Source: PVC group bacterium (GTDB lineage: Bacteria > Auribacterota > Erginobacteria > Erginobacterales > Erginobacteraceae). From it: a stretch of DNA of 64,000 nucleotides. A program made the translations under genes and the position numbers. Shown here piece by piece: positions 35,608-45,052 of this stretch. Position 1 is the stretch's first letter. The number at the start of each line of letters is the position of its first letter. The notes beneath the pieces are model-generated. The model had not been told where the DNA came from. It searched no databases and was given only the letters and a program-made list of their open reading frames with translations. The stretch covers positions 5,941 to 69,940 of the forward strand of contig JAZDIV010000048.1 in NCBI GenBank assembly GCA_043804695.1, read 5' to 3'.

Positions 35608-35645
35608 AATTCCGAAACAGCAAGTTAGCGCCTCCGGCGCAACTT

Positions 35646-35700
35646 GGTGTAAAGTTTAAAGTGTAAGGAATCTTTACACTTTACACCTGACACTTTACAC
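35646..35700. repeat. Tandem-unit hairpin, GTGTAAAG family (copy 3)
   Basis: gtgtaaagtttaaagtgtaaggaatctttacactttacacctgacactttacac. Confidence 0.75.
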
Positions 35701-35917
35701 AGCTTTATTGAACTCCCGAAACAGGGAATGAGCGCCTTCGGGGATGACTTCTATTCCGGCAAAGGTTGGGGTGATTACTTCCAAAATGGATATCGGATTA
35801 TCAGCATATCAGTGGGAAGGACATCAGGAACTTAGGAGAACAGGTAAGGGCTCGGCCTCGCCTGATAATCTGATATCCTGAGGCCCTTCCCACAGATATG
35901 CTGATTCCCTGGTATCC

Positions 35918-37756
35918 TTATTTCTCTTCTCCCCCTTCATCCGCGGGGGCGGTGTCTTCCCCTGACATTTCAGAAGCCGGGGTGGCCGGCCCGGCTATCG
36001 ATTCGGCCAGTTTTTCCAGGCCGTCCTTGAGGCGGGTGTCGACATCTTTCATCCGGGGCCGCACCGTCTCCGCACCGGCGGGCGGTTCCTGCTCCAGCCC
36101 TTTTCCCTGGAGATAGTTTTTAATGCTCAGGGCGATCCGCCGCTCGTCCTTATCGATATTGATCACCTGCGCCTTGACCGCGGCGCCTTCCGCAATGACG
36201 TCTTTAATGTTCTCAAACGGCTTGTCGCTGACCTGGGAGATATGCACCAGCCCCTCGATGCCGGAGTCAAGCTCCACAAACACGCCGAAGCCGGTGACCT
36301 TGGTCACCTTCCCTTCGACAACATCGCCCGGCATATACCTGCTGGTGACCTCCTCCCAGGGATCGATCCCCATCTGCTTGGTCCCCAGGGAGATTTTTTT
36401 ATTTTCAGCGTCAATCGAAAGAACAACCGCCTCCACCTTGTCGCCCCGCTTGAACAGCTGAGAAGGATGGGCTATCTTCTTCGTCCAGGACATGTCGGAG
36501 ACGTGAATCAACCCGTCGATGCCCTCCTCCAGCTCAAGAAACGCCCCGTAGGAGGTCATGTTCCGGATCTTCCCCTTAACGACACTGCCCACCGGGAACC
36601 TGTCGGCAACCTGCGTCCAGGGGTTGACCTCGAGCTGCTTGATCCCGAGCGAGATTTTTTCTTCTTCCGGCTGAGTCTTCAGGACCACGATCTCGATGAC
36701 ATCGCCGATCGCGAGAATATCGGTCGGGTGGTTGATCTTGCGGGTCCAGGAGAGCTCGGAGATGTGGACCAGTCCCTCCACTCCGTCTTCCAGCTCGACA
36801 AAAGCCCCGTAGGGCATGATGTTCACCACCCGTCCCTGGACTTTCTTGCCGGGAGGATACTTTTCGCCCACCGACTCCCAGGGGTTGGGGGTCTTCTGCT
36901 TGAGTCCCAATGAGACCCGTTCCCGTTCCCGGTCATACTTCAGAATCTTGACTTCGACCTCATCCCCCACCGCCAGCAGCTCGGAGGGATGGCTGATCCG
37001 GCCCCAGGACATGTCCGTGATATGGAGGAGGCCGTCCAATCCTCCCAGATCTACGAAAACCCCGAAGTCGGTTATGTTCTTGACCACGCCTTTCCTGATG
37101 TCGCCTTCCGCGATCTCGGAGAGGAGCTTGGTCCGGGCACGGGTGCGCTCTTCTTCCAGAAGTTCCCGGCGGGACAAAACGATATTCCGCCGGCGTTCAT
37201 TGATTTTGATGATTTTGAACGCGAATTCCCGGCCCATCAGGCTGTCTTTATCTTTAATGTAGTGGATGTCGATCTGGGAGGCGGGCAGAAAAGCGTCCAG
37301 GCCGATATCGACCATCATCCCGCCTTTCACCCGCCGGGAGATAACCCCGGAAATGCTGTCCCCTTCCTGATACTGGGAGACGACCCGCTCCCAGTTTTTC
37401 AGCTTGTCCGCCTTCTGCTTGGAGATGCAGACCATCCCGTCCCTGTCTTCCAGACGCTCGAGGAAAACCTCCACCGTGTCCCCGGTCTGGAGGCTGGTCT
37501 CGGTCTCAAATTCACTCAGGGGGATCAGGCCCTCGGACTTGTAGCCGATATCGATAACCACGTATTCAGAACGGATCCCGTAAATCCGGCCGGTTACCAT
37601 CTTCCCTTCTTCGAGATGCTGCATGGTCGCCTCGACCATCCCCGCCAGCTCTTCCCGGGACATCGTCTCCCCGGCGCCGCTTTCTTGAATCGGTTGGGTT
37701 GTTTCGTTCGTCAGTTCCGTCATCTCACGTATTCCTTCCTGTTGCGGATATCCCAT
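35918..37756 (-). CDS. rpsA: 30S ribosomal protein S1
   Basis: 612 aa with six S1 domains and an acidic C-terminal tail; the start may be the MTELT ATG 11 codons in. Confidence 0.9.
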   Translation of the reverse strand: MGYPQQEGIREMTELTNETTQPIQESGAGETMSREELAGMVEATMQHLEEGKMVTGRIYGIRSEYVVIDIGYKSEGLIPLSEFETETSLQTGDTVEVFLERLEDRDGMVCISKQKADKLKNWERVVSQYQEGDSISGVISRRVKGGMMVDIGLDAFLPASQIDIHYIKDKDSLMGREFAFKIIKINERRRNIVLSRRELLEEERTRARTKLLSEIAEGDIRKGVVKNITDFGVFVDLGGLDGLLHITDMSWGRISHPSELLAVGDEVEVKILKYDRERERVSLGLKQKTPNPWESVGEKYPPGKKVQGRVVNIMPYGAFVELEDGVEGLVHISELSWTRKINHPTDILAIGDVIEIVVLKTQPEEEKISLGIKQLEVNPWTQVADRFPVGSVVKGKIRNMTSYGAFLELEEGIDGLIHVSDMSWTKKIAHPSQLFKRGDKVEAVVLSIDAENKKISLGTKQMGIDPWEEVTSRYMPGDVVEGKVTKVTGFGVFVELDSGIEGLVHISQVSDKPFENIKDVIAEGAAVKAQVINIDKDERRIALSIKNYLQGKGLEQEPPAGAETVRPRMKDVDTRLKDGLEKLAESIAGPATPASEMSGEDTAPADEGGEEK

Positions 37757-37960
37757 CCGGGGACAACCGCCGCGGTTGCGCCGGCCGCTAGGACGACCGG
37801 CGGGGTTGTGTTATTTTTGCCGCCCCGGCAAAATCGGGGCGGTAAAAACAACGGTGTATTTTTGAGCCAAAGGGGGCGGAGGATAGCACCGGAGCGTTTC
37901 TGAGTCAATATCTAACTGGATTCGGTGTCCGACAATTGTCCGCCTATGATAAATGACGAA

Positions 37961-38108
37961 ACTCGAATGTCGAATGACGAAAGAATGACAAATTTAAAAT
38001 GACCAATGACGAACCCTCCCCGCCTGGGTGATGGGTTTATTTGTCATTAGACATTCTTTCGGCATTCGTTATTCGGATTTCGTCATTCGTCACTCATTCC
38101 TCATTGCG
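37961..38108. repeat. Tandem-unit hairpin, GAATGACGAA family (copy 1), between cmk and rpsA
   Basis: Left arm aaatgacgaa / gaatgtcgaa / tgacgaa units; right arm cattctttcgg / cattcgtt / atttcgtcattcgtc. Confidence 0.8.
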
Positions 38109-38118
38109 ATCTCGATTA

Positions 38119-38811
38119 TTACTTAATGTACTCCAGTATCTTCCGCAAGTTGACCTCCACATCATCCGTGTCCCCGGTATCGATCACGATCCCGTCTTCG
38201 GCCAGGCGGAGAGCCCCGACCGGCCGGGTCTTGTCCGCGTGATCCCTTTTGATCAAATCTTTTTCGACTTCCTCCCGGGTGGTTTTGAGACCATTCTGGA
38301 GGAATTCCCGGTGGCGCCGGCCGGTCCTTATTTCAAGGGGAGCATCCACGAAAAACTTATAGTCGGCATCCGGGAAGACGACGGTGCCGGTGTCCCTCCC
38401 TTCCGCCACCACGCTCCTCGAGGCGGCGATCGCCCGCTGCTGGGTAACCAGCTCCTTCCTGACCTCCGGGACATCCGCCAGAAATTTTACCGTGTTGGTC
38501 ACTTCCGGGGTACGGATCACCCTGGTCACCTCCTGGCCGTCGACAAAAACCCGGGTCCCCTCCTCCCCCTTTCTCAAGCGGATCTCGGTGTTCTTCGCCA
38601 GTTCGATCAGGCCGTCTTTATCCTCCATCTCCACCGGCGACCGGAGCGCCTTCCAGGTGATCGCCCGGTAGATGGCGCCGGTGTCGAGATAAATCACCCC
38701 CAGCCGTTCGGCCAGGCGCCGGGCGATCGTGCTCTTCCCCGAGCCGCAGGTCCCATCCATGGTTATTGTAATCCTTCTTTCTTGTGCGCTCATGGATAAT
38801 ATTCTTATCAT
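38119..38811 (-). CDS. cmk: cytidylate kinase
   Basis: 230 aa; P-loop DGTCGSGKST and cmk NMP-binding region. The start may be the second in-frame ATG. Confidence 0.9.
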   Translation of the reverse strand: MIRILSMSAQERRITITMDGTCGSGKSTIARRLAERLGVIYLDTGAIYRAITWKALRSPVEMEDKDGLIELAKNTEIRLRKGEEGTRVFVDGQEVTRVIRTPEVTNTVKFLADVPEVRKELVTQQRAIAASRSVVAEGRDTGTVVFPDADYKFFVDAPLEIRTGRRHREFLQNGLKTTREEVEKDLIKRDHADKTRPVGALRLAEDGIVIDTGDTDDVEVNLRKILEYIK

Positions 38812-38960
38812 TCAGTGCCTTCGGCGCAACTCGGTTACGGCAAGGGTAACGATGCCCGTTTCGGGAAAGGTAACGGTAACGGCCGCCCCGCTTGGCGCAC
38901 GTAACCTTAACCGGCAGACGAAACAGGCCTCGTAACCGTAGCCGTAGCCGTAGCCGTTAT
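38812..38960. repeat. ~150 bp dispersed repeat (family 4), copy 2
   Basis: Begins with degenerate hairpin B (gtgccttcggcgcaac) at the cmk ATG, then ggttacggcaagggtaacgatgcccgtttcgggaaaggtaacggtaacgg...gttattgaaattccg. Confidence 0.85.
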
Positions 38961-39059
38961 TGAAATTCCGATGATATTCTGATCCCCTTCCCACTAATCT
39001 CCTGATTATCTGATCCCCTTATATTATATGACTTTGATCCCCTGATGCTTTTTGTTTCT

Positions 39060-39971
39060 TTATCCTTCGCGCCTGCGCGCTGTAGCGCTTCGGCGCGCAA
39101 GCGTACTCTTTGTGGTTTTACTGAGTTTCTGCCGGCGGAGGCTGGCCTTCCGCAGCCAGGCGCTGATCCGGGACGGATCACCTGACTGCATCTGTTCCCT
39201 GACCAAAACCAGGGTCTCGAGCAGGCCGTCGATCTGCCCGAGCACCTCTTTTTTGTTTTCCATGATGATCTCCGTCCAGAGGAGGGGGCTGGCGGCGGCG
39301 ATCCGGGTCATGTCCATCAGTCCGGGACCACTGAACTGCAGAAGATTTTCATCGCCGATCCGGTTGATCAGGGCCGCGGCGGCCAGATGAGGGAGGTGGC
39401 TGACGGCGGCGACCACCCGGTCATGCCGGGCCGGCGCCAGGGAGATAACATTCATTCCCAGCGCCTGCCAGAGTTTCTGGATCTCACCGATGGCGGGTTT
39501 CTTGGTAGAGCGCACCGGCGTGATCAGGCAAACCCGGCCGGCGAACAAATCGGCCCGGGCTGACGCCGCGCCGGACTCATCCGAGCCGCCCAGAGGATGG
39601 GAACTCACGTAATATCGTCTGGGGCCGGTCAAACCGGTCAGGGTATCAACCACTCCGCCCTTGACGGAGAGGAGGTCGGTGATCAGGCACCCGGGGGGTG
39701 CCTGGGCGAACCATTCCGGAGCCAGACGGAGAGTGGCCGCGGACGGGGTGGCGAAAACCAGCAGATCAGCCCCGGCCAGCGCGTCCTCCCGTTCCAGCGT
39801 CCCCCGATCGATCGCCCCCCGTTCCCGGGCTTTTTCTATCCTCTCCCTGCTCCTGCCCCACCCGACAACTTCCCCGGCCAGATTTTTCAGCTTAAGGGCC
39901 AGCCCCAGCGAGCCTCCCATCAGACCGACGCCGACGATCGTAACCTTCTTATAGAGCGTTTTCTCCGGCAT
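39060..39971 (-). CDS. tyrA: prephenate/arogenate dehydrogenase
   Basis: 303 aa; N-terminal Rossmann motif VTIVGVGLMGGSLGLALK and PDH-family C-terminal domain. Confidence 0.8.
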   Translation of the reverse strand: MPEKTLYKKVTIVGVGLMGGSLGLALKLKNLAGEVVGWGRSRERIEKARERGAIDRGTLEREDALAGADLLVFATPSAATLRLAPEWFAQAPPGCLITDLLSVKGGVVDTLTGLTGPRRYYVSSHPLGGSDESGAASARADLFAGRVCLITPVRSTKKPAIGEIQKLWQALGMNVISLAPARHDRVVAAVSHLPHLAAAALINRIGDENLLQFSGPGLMDMTRIAAASPLLWTEIIMENKKEVLGQIDGLLETLVLVREQMQSGDPSRISAWLRKASLRRQKLSKTTKSTLARRSATARRREG

Positions 39972-40004
39972 TGAAATCTCACATTGAGTTAATTGCCCAA
40001 AGAG

Positions 40005-40143
40005 AAAAATGACGAGAACCGAATGACGAAATCCGAATGACGAATCCCCTCCCCCGGCGGCGGGGTGGGTGTATATGTTACCTGGTCATTTGTCATTAAT
40101 ACATTCTTTCGGATTTCGTCATTCGGGTTTCGACATTCTTATG
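40005..40143. repeat. Tandem-unit hairpin, GAATGACGAA family (copy 2), between tyrA and aroB'
   Basis: aaaatgacgagaaccgaatgacgaaatccgaatgacgaatcc...tcatttgtcattaatacattctttcggatttcgtcattcgggtttcgacattc. Confidence 0.8.
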
Positions 40144-41136
40144 TCATTTCTCCACGATGCTCTCCCTGATCTTCGTCCCGAAGTGCCTTCCCCCCTCCTC
40201 AAAGTATGCCATCACCTCGTCACCTTTTTTCAGCGCCGCCACCGAGACCGGCCGGCCGGAAGGGCGGACCAGGCGGATGGTCTCCGCGTTCTGGAGGATC
40301 AGGCTGACCTCGCTCTTTTTCGCTTTCGCCTTTACCAGGAGCATCGGGCGTTTCTCCACTTTCGTCCGGCCGACAATGGCCGGCCGGGTCACTCCCCGGA
40401 AAGTCACCGCGAGCACCTCGCTCCCGATCGCGATCTCGGAGAGATAGCAGGTTTTTCCGTCCGGGAGCAGGGTATAGGCGTGGATGCCCCCGGCATTGAC
40501 CCGGAAGGGACGGGGAGCCACATAGGGGTTCCTGACGCTCTCGGCGTGGACCAGAAAGAAAGCCGAACCGGTGTTCCCCACCAGCATCCCCTCCCCCGGG
40601 CCCATTGCGGTGCAGGTGTCGACACAGACCCGGTCGCCCAGACCGAGTTCCCTGATCTCCGTGACCCGGGCCGGGGACGGAGCCAGTTTTTCCCGGGCGC
40701 CCTTGACCAGGTTGATGATCGCCCCGATCACCGCCGGATCCGCATTTTTCACCACCACCCCGGCAACGCCCTTTTCCAGGATTCCCAGGGCGGTCCGGGC
40801 CGCGGAGAGACTTTCCACGCGTGCCATCACCGCCCCCGATCGGGCGATGATATTTTCAAGCGGGATGATCTTCCAGTTCCCTCCGGAGACGATCACCGTC
40901 TTGCCCTTGCCCAGGGCCAGGATCCTGTCTTCGTCCGCCTGTTTTTTGATCTCGATCTCGACCACCGCCCTTCCCATTTTCAGGTCGCCGTCCGGACCGA
41001 CCGTGGTCAGCCTCCCCAGCTCCCGGACCGCTCCGGTCTTGCCCCGGGGGACGATGACTGCATCGGCGCCGTTTTCCAGGGCGGTCAACACCTTCTTCTT
41101 CGACCAGGGGCGGCAGTCTACCCATACTTTTTTCAT
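40144..41136 (-). CDS. aroB': 3-dehydroquinate synthase II (archaeal-type, AroB')
   Basis: 330 aa; strong resemblance to the DHQS-II family: MKKVWVD...W start, GDRVCVDTC, ENPYVA.RPFRVNAG, ILQNAETIRLV. Confidence 0.85.
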   Translation of the reverse strand: MKKVWVDCRPWSKKKVLTALENGADAVIVPRGKTGAVRELGRLTTVGPDGDLKMGRAVVEIEIKKQADEDRILALGKGKTVIVSGGNWKIIPLENIIARSGAVMARVESLSAARTALGILEKGVAGVVVKNADPAVIGAIINLVKGAREKLAPSPARVTEIRELGLGDRVCVDTCTAMGPGEGMLVGNTGSAFFLVHAESVRNPYVAPRPFRVNAGGIHAYTLLPDGKTCYLSEIAIGSEVLAVTFRGVTRPAIVGRTKVEKRPMLLVKAKAKKSEVSLILQNAETIRLVRPSGRPVSVAALKKGDEVMAYFEEGGRHFGTKIRESIVEK

Positions 41137-41165
41137 TAATCTTACCTATTTAGCCACCAAGACAC

Positions 41166-41345
41166 TAAGGCACCAAGGAAATAATTAGGAAGAGCGCCTA
41201 AAAAGAACTAATATGAAACGACGTGCCTGAAGTTGCAGTAATCTAATTCCTATTAGACGCGACCGCATGGGCCGGAATTATAATCATCCCGTAGCCCTGG
41301 CGTCATTACTTTACTCTTTTCTTCGTGCCTTGGTGCCTTGGTGGC
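41166..41345. repeat. Tandem-unit hairpin, CCAAGGCAC family
   Basis: Left arm ccaccaagacactaaggcaccaagg, right arm cgtgccttggtgccttggtgg, with a ~130 nt loop. Confidence 0.7.
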
Positions 41346-41347
41346 AT

Positions 41348-42145
41348 TTATTTTTTCTCCAGCAGTTGCATAGCCTCGGAAATGGACTTGTTCTCATGGA
41401 CCAAAAGATCGATGGACTTGATGATGGCGATCGGGTCTTCATGCTGGAAGACGTTTCTGCCGATGGAGACGCCACAGGCGCCCGCCTCCAGCGCCCCCCG
41501 GACCATGGCGAGCAGTTCCCGGTCGGTCTCCATCTTTTCCCCGCCCGCGATCACCACCGGGACCGGGCAGCCGGCGATCACCTCCCGGAAGCTCTCCGGA
41601 GTGCCGGTGTAATTAACCTTGACGATGTCCGCCCCCAGCTCCGCCCCGACCCGGGCGGCATGCTTGACGTACTTGACGTCGAACTGGTCCGTGATCCCTT
41701 CGCCCCGGGTGTACATCATCGCCAGCAGCGGCATCCCCCAGTCCCGGCAGTTCCTGGCCACGGTTCCCATGATTCCGAGCATCCGGCTGTCGGTCGGCGC
41801 GCCCAGGTTGACGTGGATGGAGACCGCGTCGGCGCCGAGCCGGACCGCCTCCGCCACCGTGCAGACCAGCACTTTGTCATGGGGATCGGGGCTCAAAATC
41901 GTGCTGGCGGAGAGATGGATGATCAGACCCACATCCTTGCCGCGCCCCCGATGTCCGGCCTTGACCATCCCCTTGTGCATGATGATCGCATTTGCCCCTC
42001 CGTTGACCACCCGGTCGATGGCCCGGCTCATGTCGGTCAAACCCGGGATCGGACCCAGAGTGATGCCATGGTCCATGGGGATGATGATGGTCCGGGCCGA
42101 GTCCCGGTTCATGATCCGTTCCATCCTGATTTCTTTGCCAACCAT
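41348..42145 (-). CDS. aroA': 2-amino-3,7-dideoxy-D-threo-hept-6-ulosonate synthase (ADH synthase, AroA'; DhnA-type class I aldolase)
   Basis: 265 aa; near-collinear with archaeal ADH synthase (PMDHG, GANA...[37 protein letters not shown], Schiff-base Lys region). Confidence 0.85.
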   Translation of the reverse strand: MVGKEIRMERIMNRDSARTIIIPMDHGITLGPIPGLTDMSRAIDRVVNGGANAIIMHKGMVKAGHRGRGKDVGLIIHLSASTILSPDPHDKVLVCTVAEAVRLGADAVSIHVNLGAPTDSRMLGIMGTVARNCRDWGMPLLAMMYTRGEGITDQFDVKYVKHAARVGAELGADIVKVNYTGTPESFREVIAGCPVPVVIAGGEKMETDRELLAMVRGALEAGACGVSIGRNVFQHEDPIAIIKSIDLLVHENKSISEAMQLLEKK

Positions 42146-42226
42146 TTTCTTCTCCTCCCTTCAACATCAATACTGAATTATTATCCTGGAGAGATCATAC
42201 ATGTTTCCTGAATCCAATAGTTTATT

Positions 42227-43291
42227 TCATACCTGACCTGCCGGATAGGAGCCGAGAAGCTTCATGAACGTGCTGTTGCGCTCCAGCTCCTCCAGAGCTT
42301 CCCGGACTTTTTTCGATCGCCGATGGCCCTCCAGGTCGACAAAGAAGTAATACTCCCACGCCTTCTTCCGGGACGGCCTCGACTCTATTTTGGTCAGGTT
42401 GATCCCGCGCTTTTTGAACGCGTTGAGGGCGTCATGAAGAGAGCCGGCCCGGTGGGGAAGCGAAAAAAGAACCGAGGTGCGATCCCGGCCGGTGGGAAGC
42501 GGAGCGGTCTTCCCGATGACCAGGAAGCGGGTAATGTTGCTGGCGCTGTCCTCCACGTTCCGGCGGACGATCTTCAGTCCGTAGATCGAGGCGGAGAGGC
42601 TTCCGGCCAGGGCGGCGCTTCTCTTCTCCGCGGCGGCGATCTCCGCCGCCCGGGCGGTGCTGGCAGCCTCCCTCAATTCGGCCCGGGGCAGGTTCTTCTG
42701 CAGAAAACGCCGGCATTGGCCGAAGACACTGGGGTGGGAATAGACCCTTTCGATCCGGGAGAGGGCCGCGGTGGAGAGCAGGCAGTGAGAGACCCGGGGA
42801 AAAACCTCCGAGCAGACCTGAAGAGGAGAATCCAGGAGCATGTCAAGGGTGGAGGTGACCGCCCCCTCCAGAGAGTTCTCTATCGGGACCACCCCGTAGT
42901 CGGCGGCGCCGGTCTCCGCTTCCTGAAAGACCCCGCCGACGCTCTCCGCCGGAATGAAGACCGCGGCCGCTCCGAATTGTTTCCGGGCGGCGGCATGGGT
43001 GAAGGTCGGCTCCGGTCCCAGATAGGCAACCCGGACCGGACCCGACAGCTTTCGACAGACGGACAGTATCTCTCGGTACACAGCCCGGACCGAAGAGTTC
43101 TCCAGGGGGCCGGTATTCTGCCGTATCACCTTCCGGAGGACCTTTTCTTCACCGGCCGGATTATATCCGGCGGTTTCTTTTTTCCCGGCCGCACCGCCGG
43201 CCTGACGGGCAAGCCGGCCCCTCCGATTGAGAAGGTGGAGCACCTTCTCATCCAGCCCGGCGATCTTTTTTTGAATATCTTTGCGGTCCAT
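42227..43291 (-). CDS. pheA: bifunctional chorismate mutase / prephenate dehydratase
   Basis: 354 aa; N-terminal AroQ chorismate mutase helix, PDT domain (ESRP motif) and C-terminal ACT domain. Confidence 0.88.
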   Translation of the reverse strand: MDRKDIQKKIAGLDEKVLHLLNRRGRLARQAGGAAGKKETAGYNPAGEEKVLRKVIRQNTGPLENSSVRAVYREILSVCRKLSGPVRVAYLGPEPTFTHAAARKQFGAAAVFIPAESVGGVFQEAETGAADYGVVPIENSLEGAVTSTLDMLLDSPLQVCSEVFPRVSHCLLSTAALSRIERVYSHPSVFGQCRRFLQKNLPRAELREAASTARAAEIAAAEKRSAALAGSLSASIYGLKIVRRNVEDSASNITRFLVIGKTAPLPTGRDRTSVLFSLPHRAGSLHDALNAFKKRGINLTKIESRPSRKKAWEYYFFVDLEGHRRSKKVREALEELERNSTFMKLLGSYPAGQV

Positions 43292-43425
43292 TTTATAAAT
43301 TAGCTCGCTGCGCTCGCTACTTTATAATGGACCCGACTGCGTCGGGTCTGTTGGTTAACTAAGATATTTTCACCGAGGCAACATTATAAAAAAGCCTTAT
43401 AATCTCAGCCAACATTTACCCCATG
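43292..43425. repeat. ~130 bp dispersed repeat (family 3), copy 2
   Basis: ataaattagctcgctgcgctcgctactttataatggacccgactgcgtcgggtctgttggttaactaagatattttcaccgaggcaacat... Confidence 0.85.
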
Positions 43426-43486
43426 GAATATAATTTATCTATCGGTTTCAAAAATACCATTCTTATTTTTTCGCCCCGCCCCGAAG

Positions 43487-44149
43487 TTACACGTTCGACG
43501 CCGGACGTTCATCCTTTTCTTCTGAATTCTGACTCCCGACTTCTGGCTCCCGACTCCCGACTTCCGATTCCTCGCTTCTCAGGTCGCTGCTGGAGGCAAT
43601 CTTTTTCGCCGTCGGCCGCTCCCTCGATTCCAGGGAAGGCAGATCGGCGAGAGAGTTGAGCCCGAAATACTCCAGAAACATCCGGCAGGTCCGGTAGAGG
43701 TAAGGGCGCCCCACGACTTCCTTCTGCCCTGCTATCTTGATCAGTTCCCGTTCCAGCAAGCTCTTCAGGATGCCGTCCACGCTCACGCCCCGGATCAGTT
43801 CAATCTCGGTCTTGGTGATCGGCTGCTTGTAGGCGATGATCGCCAGGGTTTCCAGCGCCGGTTTGGAGAGATGCACCGTCCGGCGGGTCTGGTAGAGTTT
43901 CCTGATCCAGGGGGCATAGACATCCCTGGTCCTCAGCTGGTAGCCGTTGGCCACCTTCCTGATCGAGAAACTCCTCCCCTCTTCCTCGTATTCACGCTCC
44001 AGGTCCGTCAAAACCTCTTTCACGCTCTCCCCCTCCTGCCATATCCCTCCGGTCATCTCCTCCAGCCGGGAGGGGGGAAGGGGCTCCGAGGCAACGAAGA
44101 GAATCGCTTCCACCACGCGCTTTAAATCAAGCTGTTTCTTTATACCCAT
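43487..44149 (-). CDS. scpB: segregation and condensation protein B
   Basis: 220 aa; ScpB winged-helix pair (VEAILFVASEPL...). Confidence 0.88.
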   Translation of the reverse strand: MGIKKQLDLKRVVEAILFVASEPLPPSRLEEMTGGIWQEGESVKEVLTDLEREYEEEGRSFSIRKVANGYQLRTRDVYAPWIRKLYQTRRTVHLSKPALETLAIIAYKQPITKTEIELIRGVSVDGILKSLLERELIKIAGQKEVVGRPYLYRTCRMFLEYFGLNSLADLPSLESRERPTAKKIASSSDLRSEESEVGSREPEVGSQNSEEKDERPASNV

Positions 44150-44152
44150 ACA

Positions 44153-44300
44153 TTAGCTCACTCCGCTCGGGCAATTCAATAGAACTACGAATTACGCGAA
44201 TTACACGAATTTACTTTAAAATAAGTCAACGATATTAGTTCAATGCTTACACACTATTATTTTTTAGCCCCGAGCCAAAGTATTAATCGGGGGAGAAAAA
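44153..44300. repeat. ~140 bp dispersed repeat (family 5), copy 2
   Basis: ctacgaattacgcgaattacacgaatttactttaaaataagtcaacgatattagttcaatgcttacacactattattttttagccccgagcc... Confidence 0.8.
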
Positions 44301-44309
44301 AATAATACA

Positions 44310-45041
44310 TTACTGCACCGCCGCCTCGACCTTCCTGATCATGATCTCGCTGAAATGGCCCCGCTGGAAAACCTGCACCAGCTTCTGCCGGATCAGCTCC
44401 AGCAGGGCTAAAAAAACCACCACCACCCGGGTCCGGGATTCTCCTTTTTCGAACAGGCGGTGAAACAAAATCGGGCCCCGGCGCTGTAATCTCTCCAGCA
44501 CCCGGTGACGGCCGTCCTCCAGGGTAAAGTTGTCCGGTTCGAACTCGGGGGGACGCCGTTTTTCAGCTTCGTTCAAAACCTGGGAGAAAGCGTCGAGCAG
44601 CTGGAACAGGTCGATCTCTTCCAGGGGGAGTTCCCGGGAAGGGGGGGCCTCGACGGGAACCCGGTTCCGGGGGAAGGTTTTTTCCTGATCCAGTTCCAGG
44701 ACATGAAAAACGTCCGCCGCCTCCTTAAACTGCTTGTATTCCAAAAGCTGCCGGACCAGGTCCCAGCGGGGGTCTTCTTCTTCCTCCTCCTCTCCTCTCT
44801 CCTCGGGAGGGAGGAGGAGGCGCGATTTGATATGCATCAGCGTCGTCGCCATGGCCAGGAATTCACCGGCGATGTCCAGATCGAGGATTTTCATCAGCTC
44901 CAGATACTTCAGGTACTGCTCGGTGATCTTCTGGATGGGGATGTTATAGATATCGACCTCGTTCTTCCTGATCAGGTAAAGCAGGAGGTCGAGCGGCCCC
45001 TCGAAAATTTCCAGATGGAATTGCTGGTTTTGGTCGATCAT
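44310..45041 (-). CDS. scpA: segregation and condensation protein A
   Basis: 243 aa; FEGPLDLLLYLIRKNEVDIYNIPI kleisin N-terminus. Confidence 0.88.
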   Translation of the reverse strand: MIDQNQQFHLEIFEGPLDLLLYLIRKNEVDIYNIPIQKITEQYLKYLELMKILDLDIAGEFLAMATTLMHIKSRLLLPPEERGEEEEEEDPRWDLVRQLLEYKQFKEAADVFHVLELDQEKTFPRNRVPVEAPPSRELPLEEIDLFQLLDAFSQVLNEAEKRRPPEFEPDNFTLEDGRHRVLERLQRRGPILFHRLFEKGESRTRVVVVFLALLELIRQKLVQVFQRGHFSEIMIRKVEAAVQ

Positions 45042-45052
45042 TATAAATTAGC

